Shown piece after piece: positions 17,896 to 28,600 of a DNA stretch of 64,000 nt. The stretch covers positions 992,001 to 1,056,000 of the forward strand of contig CAWGHO010000002.1 in NCBI GenBank assembly GCA_963822445.1, given 5' to 3'. Under the pieces are notes generated by a model. It did no database searches, had not been told where the DNA came from, and saw nothing but the letters and a program-made list of their open reading frames with translations. Position 1 is the first letter of the stretch. Every line of letters starts with the position of its first letter. Origin of the DNA: an uncultured Acidobacteriota bacterium. GTDB taxonomy: Bacteria > Acidobacteriota > Thermoanaerobaculia > Gp7-AA8. The position numbers and the translations under genes are program-made.

Positions 17896-20322
17896 CTACT
17901 CGTAATGAAGCGCGTCGCCAGGCTCCAGCGCGACGGCGCGGCGCGTGGGCAGATAGGAAGCGGTAGAGATGACGAAGGCCATGAGCAGAACGACGGCCGT
18001 CGTCACCGGAGCCACATGGTCGAGAATGTTGGGAATGGCGCGGCTCAGAGGAGGCATCACCAGAATGCCGAGGAAGCCACCGACGATGGCGACGGTCAGG
18101 TAGAGCGCGCCTTTGCGCAGGAACATCGAAGTCGAGCGCCACGTCGTCGCGCCGAGGGCGCGGCGGATGCCCACTTCCTGAGTGCGTTGGGCCACCGAGC
18201 GGCTGATGAGGCCGAAGAGCCCTGTCGCCGCGAGAAACGCCGTAATGAGCGAGACCACAATGAACAGCGGGATCATCGCGGTCGTGCCCAGCTTGATGGC
18301 GCGCATGTAGTCATCGAGCGTCTGCAGGTTGTGCAGCGGCAGATCGCGATCGACGCCGAACGCGGCGGCGCGCAGCGCGGTTCGAGCGTCAGCCGCGCCA
18401 TTGGGCAGTTTCACAAGGACGTGGAACGCCGTCGGGATGGCCTGCCGCAAGGGCTGATACATCGATCCCACCTCGGCATCGGGCCGATAGACGCCGCCCG
18501 GAACGGTGGAGACGACGCCGACGATGGTCAGCCACGAATTGTCGTCCGTGGAATTCAGCCGGACGCGCTTGCCGAGCACGTTTTCGTCGGGCCAGTAACG
18601 CTCGGCCATCTTCTCGTCGACGATCGCGACCTTCAGTGAATCGCTGTTGTCGGTGCTGTCGAACAGCCGTCCGGAACGGAGGGTGATGCCCAGAAGCGGG
18701 AAATAGTTTTCCGACACGACGGTGACCGGCAGAGTCAGCGCACCCTGGTTCTCACCGCCCTGCCGGGTTTCGATTGAAGCCGCGATCCGGACCGGTCTCG
18801 AAGGCGGCGCAGTCGTGATGGCCACATCGGCGCCGGGAACCTTCTTTTCAATTGCCGCGAGCAGGTCTTCCCAGTACCGGAGCCGGCGCGTCGCGTCTGT
18901 CGATTTCGCGTCGAATTGCGTCGCAAACGTCGAAATCATGACCCCGTCGGTCACGATGCCGGAGGGCTTGTTCCCTTCCTTGTTGACGGCGACGACGACG
19001 TTTCCACAGGTCAACAGCACCAGGCAGGAGATGAACACCTGCAGTCCGACCAGGAGGCCAACGCTCTTGTTGCTCCCACGAACCGCCGCGCCTTTGCCAC
19101 TGCCCGCAAGCACGACCGCCGCGTCCTGTCGCGCAATCCGCCAGGCCGGAATCAGCGTGCTGAGAAGCCAGACTGCAATCGCCGCAATCACCGCAACCAC
19201 GAGGTCGAATGAACGCATCGTCGGGCGGTTGATCGAGCGGCCGCCGGCCATGACCTCCGCCATGAAATTGCTGATGCCGTGCGTCCAGCGGACGCCGAGG
19301 AACGCCAGACCATAGCCGGCCACGAGTCCGATGAGGACGATGAGCGCCGTCTCGAGCAGGCATTGACGCAACAGACGGCCGCGCGACGCGCCGAGCGCAT
19401 TCCGCAGAGCGAGCTCGCGGCTGCGCTCGAGCAGACGCGCAAAGAACACCATGCTGATGTTCACGCAGCCGAGGAGCAGCACGCCGACCGAGACGAGGCC
19501 GAGCATGGCCAGGATCGGCGTAACGCCGTGGTTGTACATGCGCGCCGCCGGAACCACTTCGACGCGGCGTCCTGCATTGAAGAGCTTCGGATAACCGCGA
19601 TTGACGTCGTCGACCGCCGCCTTGAGCTCATTGACGATCGGCTCGAGGCTCTGACCTTCGCGCAGGAGGATGAGCGGCGACACGGTCATCGTCGAATCCT
19701 GCGGGCGCGCCAGAGCGGGCATCTGCAGCGGCACCCATACTTCGTAATCGTCGAAGATCAGGTAATCGCGCGGCAGGACGCCGATGATCTGCACCGGCTC
19801 CGCGTCGATACGCGCGGTCTTGCCGATGATCTTCGGGTCGCCGGCGAAGTAGTTCTGCCACGTATCGAAGCTGATGATCGCTACAGGCGCGGCGCCCGGC
19901 TGGCCATCGCGCTCTTCGAACAGGCGGCCCAGCACGGGTGCGACGCGCGTCTCGGACAGGACGCGATGACTGACCGCAGTCCCGCGCAGGCTCGTCGTTG
20001 CCTGGCCTTCACTGAGCACCAGAGCGCGATTCGTGAACGCGCCGAGGTGATCCGCCGAACGACCGTGCTTCATCATTTCCTGCCACGTGTAGGCGTCGAC
20101 GCCCGGCCGCGCGCGGCCTTTTGCGTCAGGGGCCATCTGCACGCTGTACCAGCGCTCGGATGCGGGAAAGCCGAGAGGCTTGAAGACCTGGCTGTAGCCG
20201 AGGACGTTGGTCCAGACCGCCAGACCGACGCTGAGCGCAACGACGCTCGCGCACATCAGCGAATAGCCCCATGACTTGATGAGGAGGCGCCATGCGTATT
20301 TCAGATCGAATAGGAAATTCAT
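17896..20322 (-). CDS. ABC transporter permease, duplicated MacB_PCD/FtsX type
   Basis: Two periplasmic domain + FtsX halves, each with E..[LI]R.ALGA; ends P..AL.YE. Confidence 0.92.
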   Translation of the reverse strand: MNFLFDLKYAWRLLIKSWGYSLMCASVVALSVGLAVWTNVLGYSQVFKPLGFPASERWYSVQMAPDAKGRARPGVDAYTWQEMMKHGRSADHLGAFTNRALVLSEGQATTSLRGTAVSHRVLSETRVAPVLGRLFEERDGQPGAAPVAIISFDTWQNYFAGDPKIIGKTARIDAEPVQIIGVLPRDYLIFDDYEVWVPLQMPALARPQDSTMTVSPLILLREGQSLEPIVNELKAAVDDVNRGYPKLFNAGRRVEVVPAARMYNHGVTPILAMLGLVSVGVLLLGCVNISMVFFARLLERSRELALRNALGASRGRLLRQCLLETALIVLIGLVAGYGLAFLGVRWTHGISNFMAEVMAGGRSINRPTMRSFDLVVAVIAAIAVWLLSTLIPAWRIARQDAAVVLAGSGKGAAVRGSNKSVGLLVGLQVFISCLVLLTCGNVVVAVNKEGNKPSGIVTDGVMISTFATQFDAKSTDATRRLRYWEDLLAAIEKKVPGADVAITTAPPSRPVRIAASIETRQGGENQGALTLPVTVVSENYFPLLGITLRSGRLFDSTDNSDSLKVAIVDEKMAERYWPDENVLGKRVRLNSTDDNSWLTIVGVVSTVPGGVYRPDAEVGSMYQPLRQAIPTAFHVLVKLPNGAADARTALRAAAFGVDRDLPLHNLQTLDDYMRAIKLGTTAMIPLFIVVSLITAFLAATGLFGLISRSVAQRTQEVGIRRALGATTWRSTSMFLRKGALYLTVAIVGGFLGILVMPPLSRAIPNILDHVAPVTTAVVLLMAFVISTASYLPTRRAVALEPGDALHYE

Positions 20323-20349
20323 GTTCGTTCCTTGTCTATTGGTGTTTCG

Positions 20350-21600
20350 CTACTTGAGGAGAATCCGTTCCTGATCCTGGAACTCACCGAGCTCGGAGGT
20401 GATGATCTGGTCGCCCGCCTTCAGGCCCTGCAGAACCTGGAGGTGGTTGAGCGATACCTTTCCCGCCTGAATCCGGACTCTCGTCGCGTAACGACCGGCT
20501 GGATCGAGTTTGTAAACGGCGATTGCGGAGTCGTTCTTGACGTATGACGGCTTGCCGACGAACAGTGCGTTCGGCAATTGACTGATGTAGACGATTCCTT
20601 CGACCTGCAATTGCGGACGCGCACCCTCGGGCAGCGGTCCCTGTAGCTCGACGTCCACGACTACAGTGCCGTCGGTGACGCCGGGATCGACGCGCTTGAC
20701 GATGCCGCTCACCGTTCCATTGCGCGTGTCGATGACCGCTTTCTGTCCCGCCTGAACCTGTGTCGCTTCGCGCGCGGGAACCTTCAGCTCTGCATAAAGC
20801 CGGTCCTGTTGAGCAATGCGGCCGATCGGACTGCCCGGGTGCACCTGCTGTCCGACCTCGGCATGAATGGCCTGCACGATTCCGCTGATGCCGGCCGCGA
20901 TCTTCAAGTCAGCGACTTCCGTCCTGGCGCGCTCCAATGCGCGCGAAAGCTGTGCGACGCGCGAGCGTTTGACCGCGAGCTGCACCTGAATGTTGCCGCG
21001 GACTTTCTGCAGGCGCCTCGCTTCGATCTCGTACGTCTCTCGTAATTGCGTCAGATCGATCCGGGAGCGTTTCAATTCGAGATCGGAGATCAGGCCATTG
21101 CGCGCCAGGGCTTCGTCGGCTTCCGCTTTCGCCTTCGCTTTTTCGGCGTTGAAGCGCACCTGCGTCAGCACGACTTCCTGATTCATCATGCTGGTCTGCA
21201 GTTCGGCCTCGGCGGAGTGCAGCTCGGCCACTGCGCCTTCCAAAGCGGACTGCGCCTCTTCCGCGCTGGCAGAGAGTTGCGGATTGGCCAGTTCCACGAG
21301 CACTTGGCCGACCTCCACCACAGCGCCCGGCTTGATGTCCGCTTTCGCGACCCGGCCGGGCACACGCGCCGCCAGTTGCTCGATGTGCTGCGAGAGCAAT
21401 TGGCCGTTGCCGCTGACCTTGATCTCCATCGTGCCGTGCTGCACGGTCTCGATGCTCAGCTTCGTTCTGTCGACGCGCTTCGTGCTGAAGTCGATGTTGG
21501 CGAGCATTACGCCGCCACTGACCAGCGCGAAGACGGCCGTGGCAATCAGCGCCACGCGTTTCATTGGAGACACCTCGGGCTTAGGAATCACGCGATCCAT
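20350..21600 (-). CDS. Efflux periplasmic adaptor (HlyD/MacA family)
   Basis: N-terminal TM helix, lipoyl-like halves flanking a coiled coil, C-terminal GL..GDQII. Confidence 0.9.
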   Translation of the reverse strand: MDRVIPKPEVSPMKRVALIATAVFALVSGGVMLANIDFSTKRVDRTKLSIETVQHGTMEIKVSGNGQLLSQHIEQLAARVPGRVAKADIKPGAVVEVGQVLVELANPQLSASAEEAQSALEGAVAELHSAEAELQTSMMNQEVVLTQVRFNAEKAKAKAEADEALARNGLISDLELKRSRIDLTQLRETYEIEARRLQKVRGNIQVQLAVKRSRVAQLSRALERARTEVADLKIAAGISGIVQAIHAEVGQQVHPGSPIGRIAQQDRLYAELKVPAREATQVQAGQKAVIDTRNGTVSGIVKRVDPGVTDGTVVVDVELQGPLPEGARPQLQVEGIVYISQLPNALFVGKPSYVKNDSAIAVYKLDPAGRYATRVRIQAGKVSLNHLQVLQGLKAGDQIITSELGEFQDQERILLK

Positions 21601-21653
21601 TTGGGAGCCAGCTTTCTGTAGGAATTAGGTGGAGATTTTCTGAGCGCGCGGCA

Positions 21654-22487
21654 TCAGATCGGTTCGCGGCTTCGCCTCAGTCGTACCGCGGCCACAAGAC
21701 AGGCCGCGGCGAACATCAGACCGACCCATAAGCCGGGGGCACTGAGGAAATCGAGCGGTGCCAGCTCAGCGAACCGGGGGCTGTTCGTGCCGGGTTTTTT
21801 GGCAAAACCTTCCCGGATCGCGCCGCTCATGCGGTATTGCAGCATGTTCATGAAATACCAGGTGTTGAACGTCATCCGTTCGAGACCGGCAATCATCAGC
21901 GGCGGCAACAGTGCCCAGAGAATCGGCGCGCGCTTCGCCCAGGCCGACACTAGCAACAGATAGCAGAAGATCGGCGCGAACCAGAGGGTGTGAATGGTCA
22001 TGCCGTAAACCATGATCACCGGCTCGGGCAGAACCGCACTCAATTGCGCGCCGGTCGCGCCGCGCGACAGAGAGCCGAGGATGGCGACGGGCAACAGAAT
22101 GAGTTGCGCGATCGCACTCAGGATGAGCGCGATCGACGGCAACACGACGAGGGGAATCACGGCCTTGGAAAGGACCGTCGTAACGTCCGAGACCGGGAGG
22201 GACTTGAAGAACAGAATGCTGCGCTCGCGGCGTTCGCCGTAAAGCGCTTCGACGGCATAGAAGAAGCCGACGATGAACGTGGTCAGCATGATCGGAGCGG
22301 GGGCCATGCCGATCGGTTTGGAGATCGGCTTGCCGCCGGGACCGGTTGCCGCCGCCATCAGCGTGGACATGAACGTGCCGAAGAGCACGACTCCGGTCAC
22401 GATCAGCGGCGCGATGTAGATCGAGCGGTTCTCCCACAATTCACGGCGGATCGACCAGTACAGCGGGCGGGTCTCGGCGGGATTCAT
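21654..22487 (-). CDS. ABC-2-type transporter permease
   Basis: RRELWENR, LYGERRERSILFFKSLPVSD motifs; about six TM helices. Confidence 0.88.
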   Translation of the reverse strand: MNPAETRPLYWSIRRELWENRSIYIAPLIVTGVVLFGTFMSTLMAAATGPGGKPISKPIGMAPAPIMLTTFIVGFFYAVEALYGERRERSILFFKSLPVSDVTTVLSKAVIPLVVLPSIALILSAIAQLILLPVAILGSLSRGATGAQLSAVLPEPVIMVYGMTIHTLWFAPIFCYLLLVSAWAKRAPILWALLPPLMIAGLERMTFNTWYFMNMLQYRMSGAIREGFAKKPGTNSPRFAELAPLDFLSAPGLWVGLMFAAACLVAAVRLRRSREPI

Positions 22488-23353
22488 CGTGATGCTCCTT
22501 GTGCCTGCGGGTTGCTCATTACCGCGACGAAGACGTCGGCGACGCTCGGCGTGCGCACGTCGCCCAATGCGGCGAGTTGATTCCGGTCGCCGCGATCGAA
22601 GAGAAGAATGCTGCGGCCGAACACCTGCCGCTCCTGAATCGGTCCCAGCGAGCGCGCGGTTGCGACCTGATCGGGATGCACCATCACCTGCAGGTAGCGC
22701 TGCTCGACTTCCTCCATGCTGCTGGTGAGGACGACGCGGCCGCGATCGATGAAGGCGATGTCGGTGAGAACGTCCTGGATCTCTTCGACCTGGTGCGTGG
22801 TCACCACGATGGTCCGTCCGCGATCGAAGTAGTCGTTCAGCAGCGTGTCGTAGAACTGTTTGCGGAACAGGAGGTCCAGGCCGAGGGTCGGCTCGTCGAG
22901 GACGAGGAGTTTCGCGTCGATGGCCATCACCAGCGCGAGATGGAGCTGGGTGACCATCCCTTTGGAGAGCTCCCGGACCTTGCTGTGTCGCTGGATGTTG
23001 GTCTTCTCCAGTGACGCTTCCGCCTTGGCGCGGTCGAACCGCGGGTGGACGCCGGCCATGTAGTCGAGGAGCTGATGGACGCGGATCCAGCGCGGCAGGA
23101 CGGCGACGTCGGCGACGAACGCGATTTCGTTCATCAACTCATCGCGCTCGAGCCAGGGATCGCGTCCGAGGACCTTCACCTGTCCCTCATAGGGCGTGAG
23201 GCCGAGGATGACGTTCAAGGCGGTGCTCTTGCCGGCGCCGTTGGGACCGATCAGTCCGAGGATGCGACCCTCTTCGACGTGGAGATCGATGCCGTCGAGA
23301 GCGACCGTCGAACCGTAGGCCTTGCGCAGTCCGCGCGCTTCGATCAGTGCCAT
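22484..23353 (-). CDS. ABC transporter ATP-binding protein (YtrB-like)
   Basis: GPNGAGKST, LSKGM signature, LDEPTLGLD, TTH. Confidence 0.93.
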   Translation of the reverse strand: MALIEARGLRKAYGSTVALDGIDLHVEEGRILGLIGPNGAGKSTALNVILGLTPYEGQVKVLGRDPWLERDELMNEIAFVADVAVLPRWIRVHQLLDYMAGVHPRFDRAKAEASLEKTNIQRHSKVRELSKGMVTQLHLALVMAIDAKLLVLDEPTLGLDLLFRKQFYDTLLNDYFDRGRTIVVTTHQVEEIQDVLTDIAFIDRGRVVLTSSMEEVEQRYLQVMVHPDQVATARSLGPIQERQVFGRSILLFDRGDRNQLAALGDVRTPSVADVFVAVMSNPQAQGASR

Positions 23354-23357
23354 CGGT

Positions 23358-23741
23358 TCAGCGCTCCCTCTCGTCCGTTTCGGGCTTCGCACCGTGTCCA
23401 TTCAGCAGTTCCTCGGCCTTGAGACCGAGGCGCTGGATGGTTGCGTAGACCCGTGGCCACTGCTCGGCGAGAAACTTCTGGCGCTCGCCTTCCATGAGGA
23501 TGTTGCGCGCACCAGGCTTGACGAACATTCCGCGACCTCGCCTCATCTCGACCAGCTCCTCGTCCACCAGTTCCTGATAGCCCTTCATGACCGTGATTGG
23601 GTTGACCCGATATTCGGCAGCGACGTTGCGGACGGAGGGGAGTGGATCGCCCTCCTTGAGCACCCCGTCGAGGATCAGGTCGACGACCCGATCTCGAAGC
23701 TGCCGGTAAATCGGCTGTGTGTCGTTCCATTGGCCTTCCAT
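23358..23741 (-). CDS. GntR-family regulator, YtrA subfamily
   Basis: PIYRQL, G..LPSVR, VNPITV.K.Y..L, RGRGMFV; short C-terminal domain. Confidence 0.93.
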   Translation of the reverse strand: MEGQWNDTQPIYRQLRDRVVDLILDGVLKEGDPLPSVRNVAAEYRVNPITVMKGYQELVDEELVEMRRGRGMFVKPGARNILMEGERQKFLAEQWPRVYATIQRLGLKAEELLNGHGAKPETDERER

Positions 23742-23780
23742 TCAGATGTCCGGGTGCCCTTTTCTGCCGTGACTCAACTC

Positions 23781-23818
23781 AGGTGATGTAGTGAACTACA
23801 TCACCTAAACGGATGCAA
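23781..23818 (-). promoter_or_regulatory. Perfect palindromic operator overlapping the probable promoter of the YtrA-like operon
   Basis: AGGTGATGTAGT-GA-ACTACATCACCT at 23781-23806; TTGCAT -35-like box on the minus strand at 23813-23818, next to an A-tract. Confidence 0.8.
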
Positions 23819-23838
23819 GCTTTTTTTGTTTTAGGGGA

Positions 23839-23911
23839 CGTGTAGTGTGGGCCTCCGGCCTACCTTTGGGCGGGGGGAACGGAGGGGTAGGCCGGAGGCC
23901 CACACTACACG
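23839..23911. repeat. GTAG-type REP doublet (REPIN-like), intergenic copy
   Basis: Perfect 26-bp IR CGTGTAGTGTGGGCCTCCGGCCTACC 23839-23864 / 23886-23911, 21-nt spacer; each arm is GTAG plus a small internal palindrome. Confidence 0.9.
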
Positions 23912-24843
23912 GGCCAGGCCGCCACGATCTGATCGAGGGCCGTCTCGTAGGTCGCTTTCCCCTCGATCACAGGCTCCCAGTGTCGCGCGATCACGTCGCG
24001 ACAACCGGCGCCGCAGAAGTCGGCGTACATGTTTCCGGCGGTGGCCAGCTCCACGTAGCCGGGCACACCGTGCGCGGCGAGCACGCGGCGGGTGATCTCG
24101 CCAGCGTTGTAGAACAGCACGGCGTGCCAGAGACCGCGCGGCACTTCCTTGCCGTGACGCGCTTCCGCTTCCCTGATCTTCGTGGACAGCCTTCGTCCCC
24201 ATTGATGAGAGGCCTCGTGGAACACCGACTCCAGCGACGCCAGACCGCGCGTACTGAACTCCATCGAGGAGATGGTGATGTGCGGAGGGAACGCGGCGTA
24301 GGCGCCGTTCGGTCCGGCGGTCATGGTCAGGTCGACGGGGATCGGCTCGGCCGGCCACTGCTCGCCGTACGAGCGGGCCACCCACGGCCCGATGTTTTTT
24401 CCGTGCTCGCGCAGCAGCGGTTCGACCGATGCGATCCACGCGCGATTGGCGTTGTCATGCGCGGGCCACCAGTGACGGCGATAGATCGGGGCGGCGCTTT
24501 CGAGCGTCGCACGAAGGTCATCGCTGATCGCCGCACCTTCGAGTGACGACTTCTCCCGCGCATCTCGCAAGGCGACGCGAATCCCGCTCATCACCTCGTC
24601 GTGCAGCAGATCGCGCTGCGCGTAATTCGCTTTGTAAAACGCGACCGCGCGGTCCCACGCCGCGCGCTCGTCCGCGGTCAACTCAGCAGGAGCCGGCATC
24701 CCCCGGGCGGCCACCCGCAGGAAGTGATGAAGGTTCAGCCAGAAGTTGCTGTGAAACGCGAAGAATTTCTGTTCGCTCGGCGGCCCGGCGCTGGTGCAGC
24801 CGAGCAGGGCGATGAGGAGCAGCGCGATCGCTTTGCGTTTCAT
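23905..24843 (-). CDS. Lipoprotein with HExxH motif (putative zinc metallopeptidase-like)
   Basis: Lipobox LLGC after a signal peptide; VFHEASHQW. Confidence 0.7.
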   Translation of the reverse strand: MKRKAIALLLIALLGCTSAGPPSEQKFFAFHSNFWLNLHHFLRVAARGMPAPAELTADERAAWDRAVAFYKANYAQRDLLHDEVMSGIRVALRDAREKSSLEGAAISDDLRATLESAAPIYRRHWWPAHDNANRAWIASVEPLLREHGKNIGPWVARSYGEQWPAEPIPVDLTMTAGPNGAYAAFPPHITISSMEFSTRGLASLESVFHEASHQWGRRLSTKIREAEARHGKEVPRGLWHAVLFYNAGEITRRVLAAHGVPGYVELATAGNMYADFCGAGCRDVIARHWEPVIEGKATYETALDQIVAAWPV

Positions 24844-24895
24844 GGCGCCATTTCGTTCAAGGGCCGCGCCTGCGATGCGTCGCTATACTCGCCCC

Positions 24896-25597
24896 TTGCG
24901 TTACGTCATCACCTTGCTCGTCGGCATCGTCATCGGCGGCGCTTCGGCTTTCTTCCTGGTCGGTACGCGCTGCCCGAAGTGCGGTGGGGAATCGGTCGCG
25001 CCGAGCAGTCCTGCTCCGGCACCGGTCGCCGCTGCCGTCAGCGTCCCGATCGCGCCGAACGAGGTGCCGATGGATGAGACGATCGCCGACGAGCCGGCGC
25101 TCAAGCCGACGCCGGCCCTCAACGAACCAGCCGGCCTCGACGCGGACGCGATCGTGATTCCCGTGGTCGGCGCCCGTCGCGAGGATCTGAAGGCGATGTT
25201 CAACGAGCGACGCGGCTCGCGCGAGCATCGTGCGATCGACATCATGGCTCCGCGAGCTACACCGGTGCTGGCGGCCATCGACGGCACGGTCGGCAAACTC
25301 TTCCTCAGCAAACCGGGCGGAATCACGATCTACCAGTACGATCCGACCAGGAGCTGGATCTACTACTACGCGCATCTCGACGGATACGCTCCCGGTCTGG
25401 TCGAAGGGCAGCAACTGCGCCGCGGCGACGTGATCGGTTACGTCGGCACGAGCGGCAACGCGCGTCCCGACGCCCCGCACCTGCACTTCTCCATCGAGAA
25501 GCTGACCGAGCCGGGGAAGTGGTGGCAGAGCGAGCCGATCGATCCCTACCCGCTTCTGATGCAGCGCGGCGTGACCGTGCATCGCAGCGCGGAGTAA
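24896..25597 (+). CDS. M23 family metallopeptidase
   Basis: HRAID (HxxxD), YYAHL, GYVG.SGN, PHLHF; N-terminal TM helix; TTG start 6 nt after TATACT (alternative ATG at 24875). Confidence 0.9.
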   Translation: MRYVITLLVGIVIGGASAFFLVGTRCPKCGGESVAPSSPAPAPVAAAVSVPIAPNEVPMDETIADEPALKPTPALNEPAGLDADAIVIPVVGARREDLKAMFNERRGSREHRAIDIMAPRATPVLAAIDGTVGKLFLSKPGGITIYQYDPTRSWIYYYAHLDGYAPGLVEGQQLRRGDVIGYVGTSGNARPDAPHLHFSIEKLTEPGKWWQSEPIDPYPLLMQRGVTVHRSAE

Positions 25598-25680
25598 GAA
25601 CGCGAATTTGTCTCCGCGACGTTGCCGACGGCGGTGATTTCGCCGACATACAATTCCGCGTCCGAAACGGAGGCATTCAC

Positions 25681-28600
25681 TTGATTCGAAGACTCGCTTC
25701 GACCGCCTTGGCGCTGCTGCTCGCCGCTCCGCTCCTCTTCGCGGCCCCTGAAAATAGGGACGAGAAGAAGGACGAAAAGAAGAAGGAAGAGCGCAAGCCG
25801 GGCGCGTACGACTCGCAAGCCTTCACCGGCCTGGCCTTCCGCAGCATCGGGCCGGCCTTGACCTCCGGCCGCATCGGCGACATCGCCGTCGATCCGCGCA
25901 ATCCCTCGACGTGGTACGTCGCCGTCGCCTCGGGCGGCGTCTGGAAGACCACCAACGCCGGCACGACCTGGATGCCGATCTTCGACAAGCAGGGCTCGTA
26001 TTCGATCGGCTGCGTAGCCATCGACCCGAAAGACCCGCTGGTGATCTGGGTGGGCACGGGCGAGAACAACAGCCAGCGCAGCGTGTCGTACGGCGACGGC
26101 GTGTACAAGTCCGTCGATGGCGGCGCGACGTGGAAGAACGTCGGCCTCGAGAAATCGGAACACATCGGCCAGATCGTCATCGATCCGCGCGACTCGAACG
26201 TCGTCTACGTCGCATCGCAGGGACCGCTGTGGAACTCCGGCGGCGATCGCGGCCTGTACAAGACCACCGACGGCGGGAAGAACTGGAAGAAGATCCTCGA
26301 CATCAGCCCTGAGACCGGCGTGTCCGAGGTCGTGTACAACCCGCGCAATCCCGACGTGCTGTACGCCGTCGCGTATCAACGACGCCGCCACGTCTGGACG
26401 CTGATCAACGGCGGACCTGAATCCGCGATTCACAAATCGATCGACGGCGGCGCGACCTGGGCGAAAGCGGTCAGCGGCTTCCCCGACGTCCACCTCGGCC
26501 GCATCGGCCTGGGCATCTCCCCCGCCGATCCCGACAAGCTCTACGCGATCGTCGAGGCCGCGGACGGCAAGGGCGGCTTCTTCGCCTCGGCGAACGGCGG
26601 CGCGAAATGGGAAAAGCGCAGCGACTACAAGAGCGGCAGCCCGCAGTACTACCAGGAGATCTTCGTCGATCCGAAAGACGCCGACCGCATCTACTCGATG
26701 GACACCTGGATGATGGTCAGCGAGGACGGCGGCCGCACGTTCAAGAAGGTCGGCGAGCGGTGGAAGCACGTCGACAATCACGCGCTCTACATCGATCCGG
26801 ACGACACGAAGCACATGATCGCCGGCTGCGACGGCGGCGTGTACGAGACCTGGGATCGCGGCGCGACGTGGCGGTTCGTGCCGAATCTTCCGCTCGCGCA
26901 GTTCTACAAGCTCGCTGTCGACAACGCGCTGCCCTTCTACAACGTCTACGGCGGCACGCAGGACAACAACACCGTCGGCGGCCCGAGTCGCACGGCAACG
27001 GAAAACGGGATTCGCAATGCGGACTGGTTCGTGACGGTCACCGGCGACGGTTTTCAGCCGCGCATCGATCCCGAGGATCCGAACGTCGTTTACTCGCAGT
27101 CGCAGTACGGCGGGCTGGCCCGCTTCGACCGCCGCACCGGGGAGATGGTCGACATCAAGCCGGAATCGGCCAAAGGCGAGCCACCCCTGCGATTCAACTG
27201 GGACTCGCCGCTGATCATCAGCCCGCACTCGCGGACGCGGCTCTACTTCGCGGCACAGAGCATCTTCCGCTCCGATGACCGCGGCGATTCATGGCGCGCG
27301 GTCAGCGGCGATCTCACCCGCCAGATCGATCGCAACAAGTTGAAGGTGATGGGACGGGTCTGGTCCGCCGACGCGGTGGCCAAGAACGCCTCGACGTCGT
27401 TCTACGGCAACATCGTCTCGCTCTCCGAATCACCGTTGACCGAAGGGCTGCTGTACGCCGGAACGGATGACGGCCTGATTCAGATCAGCGAGGACAGCGG
27501 CGCGCGCTGGACGAAGATCGACAAGTTCACCGGCATCCCGACGGAGAGCTACGTCTCCGACATCGAGGCCTCGCAGCATGACGCCGGAACGGTCTACGCG
27601 TCGTTCGACAACCATCAGATGGGGGACTTCAAACCGTACCTGCTGCGCAGCCGCGACCGCGGAAAAACGTGGACGTCGATCGCGGGCGATCTTCCGCAGC
27701 GCGGAACGGTTTATTCGATCGCCGAGGATCACGTCGATCGCAATCTGCTGTTCGCCGGAACGGAATTCGGCGTTTTCTTCACCAGCGACGGCGGCGCGAA
27801 GTGGATCCAGCTCAAGGGCGGATTGCCGCCGATCGCCGTGCGCGACATCGCCATTCAGAAACGCGAAAACGATCTGGTCCTCGGCACGTTCGGCCGCGGC
27901 TTCTACATCCTCGACGACTACACGCCGCTGCGGCGCACGACGCCGGAGACGCTGCAGTCCGAGGCGATGCTGTATCCGCTGGGCCGCCCCGTCTGGGTCT
28001 ACAACCCCGCCCTTCCCCTCGGCCTCAAAGGCAAGAGCATGCAGGGCGACGATTACTACGTCGCCGACAACCCGCCGTTCGGAGCTGTGTTCACGTACTA
28101 CCTGAAAGAGCCGCTGCAGAGCCGCCGCAAGGCGCGCCTCGCGGCGGAGGTGAAGCTGGAGAAGGACGGCGAGGACATTCAGTATCCGACCTGGGAAGCC
28201 TTGCGCCAGGAGCAGCGCGAGCCGGAGCCGGCGATCGTGCTGACCGTGCGCGATGAAGAAGGAAACGTCGTGCGCCGCGTGACCGGGCCGGCCGAGGCGG
28301 GATTCCATCGCGTTGCGTGGGACCTTCGCTATCCGACCGTGACGCCGACATCTCTCGAACCGCCGAAGGACGACAACCCCTGGGATCCACCGGCGCGCGG
28401 CATGATGGCCTCAGGTGGCACGTACACCGTGTCGCTGGCGAAGTTGGTCGACGGCAAGTTCGTGGAGGTCGGTCAGCCGCAGAAATTCACGACCCGCTCG
28501 CTCGGCCTCGTGAATGTTTCCGATGAGGACGCGCGTGCGTCGCTCGACTTCGAGCGCAAGACCGCGAGCCTCCAACGCGCGGTGCTCGGCGCGGTCAGCA

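Noticed and set aside
12436-23800. Genomic island integrated at the ssrA 3' end
   Set aside because: Accessory-looking genes follow ssrA, but I found no integrase and no duplicated tmRNA 3' end. The partial match ACCTCCACCA near 21311 lies inside a CDS and is short.
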